64,000 nt of DNA, taken from contig RDEW01000053.1 of assembly GCA_011109175.1 (NCBI GenBank), forward strand, positions 1 to 64,000. The letters are read 5' to 3'. The stretch comes from Dicyema japonicum. Its lineage: Eukaryota > Animalia > Dicyemida. This document shows positions 13,225 through 28,050 of the stretch, one piece after another. How positions within the stretch are numbered: position 1 is the first letter of the stretch; the number at the start of each line of letters is the position of its first letter. The position numbers and the translations under genes were made by a program. A model generated the notes under the pieces. The model was not told the DNA's origin and ran no database searches. It saw only the letters and a program-made list of their open reading frames with translations.

Positions 13225-14129
13225 TAGGGCAACCAATTGCAATAAATTGCAATTAAATATAATTTAATAAAAGTTTTTTTAAGTAGAAAGACAATTATTT
13301 AACAAAGAAGCAAATGTTAGTTGAGGAAGCCTGGCTTTGTAAATTGCGAACGAGCTCCCTCGGAGTATGGCCATTCAATCTTTTGTCTCAGCCATAACCC
13401 TTCTCGTTGATCCCTTTTCTTTCATGCAATCATTCCTCGAGTTCGCGCAAGAACTCACAGATGTTTATAACCTGATTTCTTCTGTAAAAGCTTCCACAGT
13501 GAAGAACAAAGGACGCTGAGAAATGTTCTCACAAATAGGAAATCCACCGAAGTTGTCAAAAGATGGGGAAGCTGGCTAAGCAGCCAAAGATTACTCCCAA
13601 AATCTTCCAGAAATTATTAAATTTGTTCTGAATCTGAAGGAAATGGAATTTTAATCAAAATGTTTTGATTTTTATTTATTTTAGGCAAAAGAATCAGTTA
13701 ATATTCCCACGTTGTTTTCATGTTTGACCGAAATCAGCTCAAACTAATTGGTTTTAATTAAATGATTTCAAATACAAACTACTTGATTATTTAATTCTTA
13801 TGCAGATCTGAACAGCATAGAATTTTCATCAGATCGGTGCAATATAAAAAATTATATATCAAAAAAGCTTCAGAAATCTGGGATCTAAGTATTTCTGATT
13901 TCCCAAATAAAAATATTTCGCTATAAATTTACTCATACCTTCGAAATTGTTGCAGCCTCAGTTGAAAGGGGGATTATCTTTTTGACGAAAATTCTTACTA
14001 AAAATTGAAATTTTAAACCTGAAAATGTTCAGGGATATTTAATTTCGTATTACATTAAATGATTTTGTTTATTTTTCCATAATGCAATTTTTACAATTAA
14101 TTTTTGTTTGCAATTTTCTGGTTGCCCTA
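13225..14129. mobile_element. Non-autonomous hAT element (MITE-like)
   Basis: TIRs tagggcaacca / tggttgcccta and a perfect 8-bp TSD ttcatcac (13217-13224, 14130-14137). Confidence 0.9.
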
Positions 14130-14249
14130 TTCATCACTAAGATTACTGATGAAAATATTAAAAAGTTATGTTGTCATCCAATCCCTTTTATTTTCACAGT
14201 ACAGTAATTTTCAAACTCAAGATTTTTAGACATGCAACGTGAAATTCTG

Positions 14250-14380
14250 AAAGGTGTGCTGATCTCCTCAGTGATGTGATGTTTGTTCCCTTCGCTATGG
14301 AAACCTCCGGACATTAGTCTTACACTTTCCTGAAGAAGGCAGAAAGGAATCCTTTACCAGGTAGGTACCGTTGCGCAATA
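14250..14380 (+). mobile_element. CRE-like RLE fragment
   Basis: FVPFAMETSG motif. Confidence 0.6.
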
Positions 14381-14590
14381 GAACTTACTTTTTTTATTCA
14401 AAACTGAGGATTTTGTGTTTTTTTTAATTTTTATCCAAACAAATAATATTTATGTCTTTTAAAAAATATAGGGGAACCAATCAAAATGAGGCACAAGCTC
14501 GATTTTGTAATAGCTTTGTATGGATTATTCAAATTGAGTAATTTTTTTGCGTAATGCCATGTTTAAAAGTAAGCTCAGCCCAAAGTGCAA

Positions 14591-15120
14591 ATGGCTCAAC
14601 CTCAACCAACCAAAAAAAGATTAGGCGATAGGAAAAAATTCGGACTTGTCCCGTTCGGTAAGAATCCTTCCTCATTAAAGAGAGTGGCTTTCCAAACTGC
14701 TTCATGATTACTTCATCGAATTGGATCGGTCCTGTTCTGGTGAAAGTAGACAATTTCTTATTCAGCATAATTGGGAATGATAACAAAGTCATCTTTTCGA
14801 CTTCCGAAAATGGCCTTAATATGATCAAAATTTTGCCTGAGAACGATACAATCGCCTTTTTCATCGACACAAAGATTGAATGTAATTTTCGACTGATTTT
14901 AGATTACAATTTTATTTGTGGCGTTGATGATGCGCTTACGGGGAATCACATGCAGGGTAAGTTTGAGATTTATGTCCCTGATAAGAACTCGAGGGATAAG
15001 TTTTTTGCCATCATTAAAGGGATGTTTAGCATTGTTTCTGAGGTAAAGATAAATAATATCCTAGAAAACAAAAAGTTGTTTTTACGCCCAGTATTTTGGG
15101 GAGGAGGCAACCGAGAATAA
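14591..15120 (+). CDS. Uncharacterised protein of about 168 aa, possibly PH-like fold
   Basis: ATG 14591, 23-nt GT-AG intron 14658-14680 joins in frame to ORF 14704-15120; FEIYVPDKNSRDKFFAII resembles a PH C-terminal helix. Confidence 0.65.
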
Positions 15121-15618
15121 AATTTACACAATTATCTAACTGAATTGGTCAAGAATTTTTGCTTATTTTTTATTTTGTTGGCTAAAAAAAGGCGACTAAG
15201 GTGTTAAAAACCTCCTAACTCGAGATTGTCGTCTTAAAGGCGTCATTGGCTCCACCTAACTCAGGAAACGGGCAATGCCTGACAGGCATTCTAAAAGGAT
15301 TGCTCCTTCCCTACTCCACCTTAGGGGTTCACAGTGAAAGATCTTAGGAAGGAGGTGAAGCAGGGAAGGGATGCGTCCATTCCAACGGGAAGAACATGGT
15401 AAAACTCAAGACTATTCTGGGGAAGATTCAATACGATGATTTGTGACCTGCTTGAACCACCGAGTTGGCCGTGAAAACAATTCCGTGCAATCCAAACCCT
15501 CAGAACAACTATTGAGACGCCTTAGGGCAACTCGAGATCTCGGCAAAGGAACAAGATCGGGTGGCAGTCATTTTTAGAAAAATATTAAATCAATATCACT
15601 CCCCGATAGATTCATCGA

Positions 15619-16119
15619 TTAATCTGAAAAAATCCTTGAATCTTGAATTTGTTTATCCTCAATTAGCCTTTTCTTTAAAATTAGCGAACAAAAACCTTTC
15701 TTAACTCATTTAACTTCTCCTGCAGATCTTTCCGAGTCTCCAAAAGTTCCTGGTTTGTTTTGTTGAGGTCACTGCCTACTTTTCTCTAGAATGACCGACA
15801 AACTCCACAATATAGCTTCTACTAGAGGTCCCGAAATCAGAGTAATTGATAGTCAACTGCTTTTGAATCTGCCTTAGCAGCTTTTTGCACTCATTTTTGT
15901 ATTCAACTGACAATCTGTCCACCAAAAAAGTCAGATTGATCGTATTTTCAGACTCCTGCGCATATTTCTTTTTCCACAACTCACTCTCTTCTGTCAGATC
16001 AAAACTTACCCCTAGATTTCTAATCTTAGACATTTTTATGCTCATCATCGCTCGGTCTCTCTCCGTAGGGAAATCTACCATAAACCCGGGAATCCACCAT
16101 TTCTAATCTTATCTTCCAT
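15619..16119 (-). CDS. Uncharacterised coiled-coil protein of about 140 aa
   Basis: MEDKIRN|DFPTERD...SYI|RKVGSDLNKTNQELLETRKDLQEKLNELRK|KRLIE...SD*; three 23-nt GT-AG introns each restore the frame. Confidence 0.7.
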
Positions 16120-16199
16120 CAATTCGACTCAAATGTGCTATATTTAAACAAACCATGACGTAACAATATTAAAACGTCAAAAATCATTATAACTCAGAT

Positions 16200-17100
16200 A
16201 TTGTTTAAGCCAACGAGGGATGGTCTCCTTGTATTCTCGAAAGCCACGTGTTCCCGTATTTGTGGTACCATCTAAGGTACAAAAATGTCATTACGAGCCA
16301 AAAAGGAGTTCCCCCTAGATGGTCCAAAGTGATTCCAGGGGACTCTTTTTGAAAAAGAGACCTAACGTTTCGAAGGCACACACGCAGTTAAAAATCTGAC
16401 CTTAAAAACCGCGGAAAACCTGCCCTGAAGAAAACGAATGGGAAAAGGACCCTATCCAGGCCCAATTATGGAGTAGTGGCAGGTCGGGTTGCTGAGCACG
16501 TGCAGAGCAAATATCCCCATGATGGCCCCTGGACTTGAAATAACAGGAAAATCTCACGGCTCCGATGCTTCCATAAGTCACTCCCTTGACCATCTTTCCC
16601 AACAAGACTAAGAAACACGGAAAAACAGGCCTAAGTAAGCCAAAAACGGAAACCGGCGGAAATATATAAGAAAACAAAGTCGGAGGGGCCGTAACTCTCC
16701 CACCGAGGGAGCAAACTGAATGAAGGCAAATAAGTTAAAAAAACAGATGAAGGGGGTTCGAGTGGCTGAAAAATGCACGTCAGCATCGTATAAATCGGGA
16801 TTCTGGAGAAATGAGGTAAATCTACTTTTCAGGAGAGGAGACGAAGTGCTTGACCATGGTCGAATAGTAGAAAGGACCTGCCAAGTAAGAAATTAGGAGG
16901 TTGAGGACCACAATGGCGTAAATTGGAGACGAATGACTCCTTGAACACAAGCCACATAGTTTCCCAAAATTGGAGCTACTTAAAATGAGCTATGTTACGT
17001 ATTATCTCGTCACTCCTGGAGTTCCACAGAGACCAGATCGAAGGCCTCGGTCTCCGGTATTCCCAAAGGCTGGATATGGCAAAGGCGATTCCGCTGATCT
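16200..17100 (-). mobile_element. Degenerate LINE ORF1 (gag-like) fragment
   Basis: CYFKSRGHHGDIC resembles a decayed zinc knuckle; multiple stops. Confidence 0.4.
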
Positions 17101-17749
17101 GGAATTTTTAAATAATAAACGGTAATAAAAATGTCCTGAATAAAAAAATAAATATTTCTCTTTTTTCCAATATTATCTTCAGATATATTTGTTTTATTAG
17201 TTTTGGTGTGACGACCCTTATTTCGTAATCCTCTATTTAATTAATAGAGATATTTTGATCCTGGCTTTAATGAAAATATCAGCCCTTAACATAAATGAAA
17301 ACATTTAAATGTTTTATTTTAATCATTTAAATTGTTTAAATTAATTGTTGTTAATTATTATTTTTAATTTTCAACCATCCATATGTGAGCACCACCCCTA
17401 TCTAATTACGTGCGATATCCTCCTGTCCCTTTGCAACCTCTACGTGTTGACAATCATTAATTAGCACAACGTTCGTTTACAATGCTGGGACTGAGCGATC
17501 TATGCATCCTACAAGTAAGTGATGCCGGGGTTGCTTAACTAACTAACGATCCATAAGAGTTCCTCTTATACGGCACTTTCTTATAGTCAGGAAATGTGAT
17601 GAGTGTTGAGTGAGACCGGGATTACTTGAATTTTTCATTCTGGCTATGGCAGTGTTTTTTTGGTTCAATAAAATTTTAAATTTTTTTTAAATCGACAAGA
17701 CCTCAATACACAAATGTATGCGTCACTGCCAAAAAATATAAAACGAAAA

Positions 17750-18195
17750 AAATGTCCCGGGAGTAGATCTTTCGAGGGCCTTCGACACAGTAAACAGAAG
17801 CAAGCTGATGAAGGTTCTCGAAAAGACACCAAACCTTAATGAAATCCATTAATAATCATGTTTTTTGAGACACCCCCTTGCTGTCAAACTGGGTAATGGA
17901 GACCTAAAATCACGAAGATAGATGAAACTTTTCGGACACATGCTGCGCCTTTATCACACAACTACACCGAATCCCCAAAATTCCTAGGAAAGCCAAGAGT
18001 AACCCGTCCAGTTATTCTCAACGCTGACTAACAAAAATTAATGGTAAACTCTTACGCACGAGGATATCACTAACATACGAAAAGGGCACGGAACAAGAAT
18101 GCCTGGAAGAAGTCAGTTATCAAGATCTGTCACGTGGCACAAGAGAAATCTTAACAAAGTTATTTTTTCTCGAACAATATTTTTAATAATAATAT
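17750..18195 (+). mobile_element. RTE-like LINE 3' fragment
   Basis: LFGHMLR, GKPRVTRPVILNAD, (TAA)3 tail near 18184. Confidence 0.7.
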
Positions 18196-18589
18196 TTGAA
18201 AACAAAGTAGGTTAGTGGTTGTCGCTGTCACTCGCGTCACATTTAGCTGTGAATTTGACTCCCACACTGCTACCTACTGGTCAAAAACTGTCTTCTCTGA
18301 TCTTTGCCTTCTTCGACCTGTGATGAACTCTAAATTAATGGGCCCAGGCATCCCCAGATGTCTCACAGAAATCGATGAAATAAAAGTCTGGTATTTCCAT
18401 TTAATATTTTTCAGCTCTGGAAGTCCCAGATTTCGCAAACTCTAAAGTTTAGACAGATTTGCAGTCTGTAAAGTATATCCAACGTAAGGCATTTTCCCTC
18501 CTCCATATATTATTTTTCCTATAGTATTTTTCTCCAAAAAACTTGATAACAAGAATATTTAAGATTTTTGTTAATTCCTCCCGTGTTCC

Positions 18590-19211
18590 TCCCTAGGGAC
18601 CCTTTTAACGATGACTATTCGGATTGGTATCGCACAACGGCTGGGAGTTGATGTTTGCGTCGAACATCAATGTCGTTGTGGAGGGATCGTCGATGCCAAA
18701 GGGCTGCATCCGCTTTCGTGCAAAAGGAGTGCGGGCAGAGCACCCCGCCACTCTGCTAGGAATCACATTGTCATGCGATCTCTTGAAGCGGCAGGCTTCC
18801 CGGCAGTACTGAAGCACGTGGGATTGTCCGCGGAGACGAGAAAAGAGCGGATAGGTTAACTATCTTTCCGTTCACTGAGGGAATTGGACTGCACTGTTGT
18901 GGATTCTTTCTCGAACTCGATGATGCTCAGCTCGATGCAGTCTGCTGGATCGGCAACCGATCTGGCCGAGAAAATCAAGATTAAAAAATATGGCCAAATT
19001 GGAGTGCTTTCGTTTTGTACCGGTGGCAATCGAGACGTCTGGTGCCGCGGGAAGTATCACAGCCTCTTTCCTGAAGGAAATTGGTGGGAAAATGGCCCAC
19101 CGTAAGAAAAACTTGCGGGAAGCGGTCTGGCTGATGCAACGAATTGGGATTGCAGTTGTCCGCGGAATCGCTTACTACGTAATGTCAGAAACCGCTCTTC
19201 CCCATAGTTAA
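18590..19211 (+). mobile_element. CRE-like non-LTR retroelement, 3' RLE domain
   Basis: CCHC knuckle (CRCGGIVDAKGLHPLSC), RH..N, DCTVVDS, FVPVAIETSG, QRIGIAVVRG. Confidence 0.85.
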
Positions 19212-19619
19212 TAAATAATATTTTATTGTTAAATAAACGCCATTTTTTGAAAGTAAAATCCAATTGTATGGTTTTTTTGCTTGAATGGGAAATCAAATTA
19301 TCGAAAAACAAACGAAAAATTTTATTAGTGATCAGCCTACAAAATCGGCGTGGAATTAAAGTAAATAGGAATACGACTTGAAGCTTGGAAGAGATCAGCA
19401 ATTTGGGGGATAGTTTCTGTTACTACGGGGAATGAATGTTAAAAAGCTAAAAGTTCTTCGACTAAGGATATCAAATTTGTTCGCTCGATTTATGGAAAAT
19501 CTGTTATTCAATCCGCAAATAGCCGAATTTACCAGGGTTAATGATCATCAACACGGCGAGACCTGCTTCATAAAAAAATTTATTTTGTTGCTTCAATTGC
19601 GGAGGGTATGGAAATTCTA

Positions 19620-21922
19620 GGGAGTTTGTCCACTCAAATCTTTCTGATTGCATAAACAGATGCATAAAATGTGGCCGGATGGATACCAGGCAACGGTCTT
19701 AATAATTGGATGCCTCCACATAGTCGTGGCAGAGCATGGATCCGCACCGAGTGGCTAAATGATCAACCGACATGCTCCTTGACTTACAATGGGGACATGT
19801 ATTTGTTGACCGACCCCAAAAAATATTGCGGTCTTGCATATACGTGTACATCACCTCCGATCGAGGTGATGTTGTCACCGTATTTTAGCCATATGACTTA
19901 AGGTCGACATGTGGGTTGTCCAATGCTCTGAAGAGGACCTTATGAAGGCTTTTTAAGTTGATCTTTTCCATAAATTATTATATTGTAATTCGATCAACGC
20001 CTTCACATTTACTAGCCCACCATCATCAACACCATACTTAGCAGACAAAAAAGGTCTGATAGTGCCTAGGTGGGTTCCCCGTGTTTTCTCGGTCGTTATT
20101 ATGGCGTGCTTCCTAGCAGACACACTCGACCCAGCCATCAGAGTGTCGTGCATTCGCTCACTTAGTTGGACTACTCCACGGCCGAATTTATCACGAGGTA
20201 AATATAGTCTCTCCTTATTGGCTGGCAGCACATGGACATGTTTCTTTCTGAGTACTCCACGGATCATAACATCCATCTCATCATACTCTTTGGGCTCAAA
20301 CTCTTCAACACCTATGTAGTAATTTAGGAGCGAGACAGCATACTCATTTAATGCTAGGAACAAATTCCTTGCATTTAGAAACGTCTTACACAATAACGCT
20401 GCTCTTTTACGGATGCCTTCAGTATTTTGTTGCTTTGTCTCAGGCATTATAAGGGACTTTGGAGTTTCGATAACACCCAGATACTTACTAACTCTTGCTA
20501 CATACTTGCGTGTTAGTCACAGACTTTGAATAATTCAAATCTAGTCCTATACTAGAATTCCCTGGCACAGACCCCCATGGAGTAGAGCTCCTCGGCTGTT
20601 CGAGCATACATCTTCAGGTCATCGATAGAAAGAAGGTGATTTGTACTGAAGCAAACCCCCTCACAATGAACTGGTATTTGCTCAAACCGGTCATTGAGGC
20701 GGCGACTCAATGGCTCCAAACAGAGAAGAAAGAGCAGTGGAGACATGCTTTCCCCCTGAAGGATCCCCCTTGAGTTTTACCTCGCCTATCCGGTGCCTAT
20801 TATAGTTCAGATGAATACTCCACTATTCATCACAGCCACTACAAAACTGATGAATCACACAGGCATACATAGACTGTGCAGGCTCGACAGGGTAAAAATG
20901 ATCAACTAAATGGTAAGCCTTCTTCACATCCACCCACATAGACAAAAGTGAGTTTCCGTGAGACACAGAAAGGCACTTTTTGATCAAACCTGCTATTTTC
21001 CCCTGAAAATTTCGCACAGTACCCAACTGATTCTCGGAGAGAATTCCATTTGCTTCTACAAAGCTCTTGACCTCATTAGCCACCAATTTGGACATCAGCT
21101 TATACAGGGTTGGCAATGCAGGTTATCGGTCGATAATCTGCAGCAGACTGAGGGTTGTCCAGCTTTGGGATCAAATAAGTTGTCCCTGTGCAGGCCCAAT
21201 CAGGAAAGTGATGCTTTTCTGTAATACACGACACATAGAATCGTGCAATGAAGTTCATTTTTTGATAAAGAAATTATAAACTTTATCGACCCCGGTCGTT
21301 TTCCAATCAGGGAGATGTCTAATTACCGATTTAAATTTCTTAAAATCGAAAATTCCGCAAGAAAGAATCGGCGCTGTACGGGACATTCAACGCAATTCCT
21401 CTGTACGGTTTAGCCTCCCACATACTACCCCATGTGGAAATCATTTCCGCGTCCTGCTGGGAACATACACTATGGCCATTTTCGTGTAGGCGACGGTAAA
21501 ACAATCTGCGATTAAACTCAAAAAGATTATTTTCTCCTTCTCTTACACCGACTTTCATGTGTATAAAATTTCCTCTTATTCACCATTATTGCCCCTTCTA
21601 ACTCCACATTTGCTTCTCTCTTTGCCTACAGCCATTTTCTTGAGTTCACTCACAGATATAGCAGTACTGAATATGCCACTGCAGAGCTCCGCCAAGTATG
21701 GCCAACCATTCCATGGCATTCGGGATAGCCTGCTACGTACCTGCAGGACTACCTGCCTCGCCCATTCTTTAGGGTCAGCTGCCACAACGCTCTCGGATAT
21801 GGCAAGAATTATATTCATTCCATCAGGTAACGCAAGTGATCCTTCTCCTTTTTTCCTTTCAACATTTATTGCCAACTCGAGAGAGTTTTAACGCCACCGA
21901 ATCGAACGCACGTTGCATGTTT
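19620..21922 (-). mobile_element. R4/Dong-like RLE retrotransposon, degenerate, 5' end retained
   Basis: PTLYKL, WVDVKKAY, GI.QG...SPLLFLLCLEPL, NHLLSIDDLK, ERLYLPRDKFGRG; 19711-20066 nearly identical to 33445-33795. Confidence 0.85.
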
Positions 21923-21974
21923 ATTTTTTTTTCCCATTTTATAATCTTAATTATTTTATCATTATTCCTTTTTT

Positions 21975-22272
21975 TTAATAAAATTCTTTACAAAAATTCT
22001 TGGCGTCTTGTTTAGTGTCTAAATGTACTTCTAAAAACGTCGTGCCAGCCTTCCTCATATAGATAATCCAGATTATTCCAATAATTAATTGAAATCTTTG
22101 AATTGATCCATTTTCTTGATTTCCGATATAATTCATCAAGAAATATTGATATAATGGATTTAGAATCGCAGGAAAATCTGATCTCGACGTATCCAATCAA
22201 AAGTGGTCTTTACAGTATTATAGCACAATTCCCTAATAATTATGTCGTCAACTCTAAGGGGGCAGTGTTCAT
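21975..22272 (-). CDS. Probable small orphan protein
   Basis: MNTAPLE|ELCYNT|IRFSCDS...HDVFR|NAKNFCKEFY* using 20-, 31- and 22-nt GT-AG introns; 5' structure uncertain. Confidence 0.4.
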
Positions 22273-22419
22273 GTATGTTATGATGACGTCACTATTTATG
22301 AGTGCGTAAACAGATTTAAATCCCATATGTCATATTAACCATAATAAATGAGACGGATCTCTGTTTCGTGGTTACACTGGGTCACATGTGTCGAAAGATC
22401 CTCCATACAAAAACTATTA

Positions 22420-22617
22420 TATTGTAATTCGATCAACGCCTTCACATTTATTAGCCCACCATCATCAACACCATACTTAGCAGTCAAAAAAGGTCTGAGG
22501 TGAGTTATAATCCTACCATCTGGTAGCGTGAGTGACACTTTTCTTTTTTTGCTTCCAACAATTTTAGCAGCTCAATAATTTTTTAACGCTACAGAATCGA
22601 ACGCACATTGCATGTTT
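22420..22617 (-). mobile_element. Internally deleted R4-like derivative
   Basis: 5' motif shared with 21886-21922, joined after a short spacer to the KYGVDDGGL segment also present at about 19980-20060 and 33460-33530. Confidence 0.75.
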
Positions 22618-23291
22618 TTTGGAAAAATCAACAAAAATTTATGTAAAAACGTACAAATAAAAATACTGGTAATTTTACAAACGAATTTTTCCTCACTCGA
22701 TTTACGTTCAATTGCAAAACGATCAGGGAGAAACATGAGCCGGGATTCTGTTTTACGTCACACATAACAGTTAGCAGACCCAGTAACCCACCTCATGAAA
22801 CGATGTGAAAAGGTAAGATAGGAGAATAGTTTTTTTACGCTTACTGACACTGAGCGCCGCCAAATTAGAATAACCAGTACACGTCACGCTAACATTTGAG
22901 TTTTACAATTAAGATTAAAATTATTTCCAAAGACCAAGGGTAACCAAACTAACTCACCGATCCTGACTCGTTCCAGTATTCTAGAATTTGTTACCAGGTA
23001 ACGACGTTGTCCCTGGGGAAGAATTGTTGGATCCTCTTGATGCCGGCCAGGCATTGGCGCCTCCTCAGTATGGTGGATCCAATGACGTCATCAAAAGGAG
23101 AATAATTTTAACAAACTATCCACGTAGCACCACATGGCCCTACGCGAATTTAAAATTCTGAATGAAAATAAAATAAAATCAACAGTTAACAGACTTTGGT
23201 AATTTATTTTAATATTTTTTATTGAAAAAAATAATTCTTATTTTTAATAAAATATTGAATTTAATTTCTTGGACATTTCTTGTGTTGTTTT

Positions 23292-25180
<1,889 letters not shown>

Positions 25181-25203
25181 TTTTTATTTAAATTTCCTTT
25201 AAT

Positions 25204-25400
25204 TTATTTTTTTGCTTTATTCATGACATCAATACATTGAGCAATGCATTTCTTGGAGAAATGTAGCATATGGACCCATCCTGTTTTGAAGATCGAAACT
25301 AACCAAAAAAGATCCTCCAAAATTACGGAAACGGACTTCTGAAAAGTCCAAGCCTCTGGAATCTCTAATACATAAGAACAGAGGAACTTGCCGTTGTGAC
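25204..25400 (-). CDS. Possible terminal exon(s) of an unknown gene
   Basis: Open 69-codon frame, GC higher than flanks, ends just before the copine stop; acceptor tatag at about 25400. Confidence 0.3.
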
Positions 25401-25543
25401 TATAAAATGACAAGTTATTGGACTAAGTAGGCAATGGGGAAAATCTAACCCTTAAAAATAGTTAATTCAAAGCATTCTACCATTATGCTAACTGGTAACC
25501 ACCAAATTATTAGCACCATAATGTAGTTTTTTAGGTTGAGGTT

Positions 25544-27825
25544 GGTGACGCATCTCAAATTACACTAATGTTTTTTTCACTCTTTTCAAACTCTCTGTTC
25601 ACGCATCCTTCAACGTTCGAGGACTAAAGTCGTCGGTCAAAAGGAGGTCACTCTGCCAGGATCTGAAACGATACAACATTACTATCTGCTCCCTGCAAGA
25701 GATCAAAGTCAAAGAAGGACATAAGGAAACAAAATGCTGACCACGACCTTATCTTGCTTCCTTCGTACTGTCACCACTACGGAATGGGCTTTGCGGTGGA
25801 TAGCAGACTCCGGGAATATATAAAAAGAATATGGAAAGTGAATGACAGAATTTGCGTAATTCAATTGGAAACTGGATCAATCTCTACAATTACAATTATA
25901 AAAAAGTGGAGATTGGAACGCGAAGGTCGGAAAAGGGGCCCGAGAACTGAGCTTCATGAGTACCCATGGGAGAGGTCATGTCTGGAGCAACTATGGCCAA
26001 CTTTGCGATTAATAAACAATTATTCATTTGCAACACAGCATTCCAGCACGCTGCAAGGCATATCACGACCTGGACTGGAGAACGCCGAGACTCAGATGGA
26101 CATGTAATCAAAATATATAACCAAATTGACTACATTCTGTGTCGACAATCACAGAGAGCCCTACTATCAGATACCCGAACATATGGAGGAATCCTAACAT
26201 CGAGTGACCATAAACTATTGGTAATCAAACTTCTCCTAAAGAGAAGATTTTTGATCAACAGAGTCAAAAACAGACACAGATAAGTTAGACACGCAGTCGA
26301 ACTCTTTTCAACAATCCTGTCCACAGAAATAACTATTCAGCTAAAATATCACAAACCATAGAGCCGATCAATCTCAATCTACCTGCTGGAAGTTTATGGA
26401 ATGAACTCGTAAACAAAATAAAATCAGTGGCTAATCGCACGATTGGGACAATTCTCAAAACCTTCAAAGGAATACACGACCCACATATAGATCACCTCTT
26501 CCATTTACAAAAGAATCTACGTATCAAATGCATGAAAACCCGCAACCACGTGAAAGCAACTGAGTTCAAAATCATACTACTCAACTCTGCGCAAAATTCT
26601 ATCGCTAATTGCTCTGGACAGAATAAAAGCCCCACTACGTGGATTTATCGGAGCTAGCCAAAGTGGGTTTGTCTCTGGAAGATCAACTATCGATGCCGTT
26701 TGGAGCCACAAATGGATGTGTGCTTCATGCCAAAAATATAGAGGAGTACCACATAATGGGAATCGACATATCTAAGGCATTCGACTCAATCAGCAGAGTC
26801 AAGATGATCCAAATATTAACACCACTACTCGAGGGAGATTGCATCAGAATAATTCGTTATCTACTCTCCTCCACTCAACTATTTATCCAGCTCGGAAATC
26901 AGAAATCCAGAGTATTCGGAACAAACAAGGGTACTCCCCAAGGAGACGCCCTATCTCCGGTCTTATTCATCGCATATCTGGAGCTCACGGCAACAGACCA
27001 CCGATTAGAAGGTATTATCGACAAATTTGCCAAAACATTTGAAAAATCATTCCTAAAAATTAACACCGAGAATACAGAATATACAGGCGATGCGAACAAC
27101 GACACGAGGAAAAATGGAAACATGCGAAAAAATTTGACACTCTCTTAGGAAATACAGAAGACATACTACGGAGAGAATCAAAACCGGTTTTACTGTACAA
27201 CTCTTCTACCTGGGCACTCACAAAGCCTTCTACCTGGCAAGAAAATCACTATCAGCTTTCGCTCTAAAAAGACTAAACAACGTAACAAATTTCTGCCTCT
27301 TTAAAAACCAAATTATACAATATGTTCGTAAAACCGGTTTTACTGTACAACTCTTCTGCTGGGCACTCCACAATGCCTGAAATGGAAAGTCTGAACTCCT
27401 TTATTAGAATGCAGCTGATACATTCTAAGAATTTCCTGACCAAAGCACATCTCAAACGAAGACCTATATTCCTATTACAATGTCCACCCATTGGACGGAG
27501 AAATAAGAAGTAGCAGATAGGGCTTATTTGGTCACATCTTAAGAATGGACAGGAATACTTTCGCTAATCTCGCGATGGAACACCACTATGCTCTTCATCC
27601 GGGATCGACTTTCTAGGGAAAATCAGAACTACTCTACCAACCCTTCTACATCAAGACCTTACTTCGATTGGGAAAGGGTTAACGTTGGCAGATAATCTTG
27701 AGCACCTGAGGAACCTATCGAGGAACAGAGGGAACTGGAAGCGATTAACAAAACGCATCCAGGAGAGGGTGGCACAAGCGAGATAACTTTACTAACGTTG
27801 TTTTGCGGTGTGCTTATTAATAATA
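25544..27825 (+). mobile_element. RTE-like LINE, internally deleted and frameshifted
   Basis: ggtgacg 5' motif, SLQEIK, YNQIDYIL, SSDHKL, GTPQGDALSP, 3' (TAA)n tail. Confidence 0.9.
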
Positions 27826-28050
27826 AATATATAGTGTAATCACATGTAGAGCTATAATAACACACGTGCGGCATGCGAAGCGATTCTATCTAGTAGCCAC
27901 TTAAAACACTCGGACACGATATTTCTTTAGAGATGAGGTAATCCCCCGTAACCCTGTTGGCAGGAACGAAAAAAATAGATTTAATAAAATAAATATTTAT
28001 TTACAAAAAAAACACTAAATTTAAAAAATAAATTAAAGTACCGCCTTTTC

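Noticed and set aside
17805-17830. Hammerhead ribozyme core (ctgatga...gaaa), also at 44887
   Set aside because: Stem II closing pair is mismatched at 17808, the order is wrong at 44887, and no stem I/III is present.
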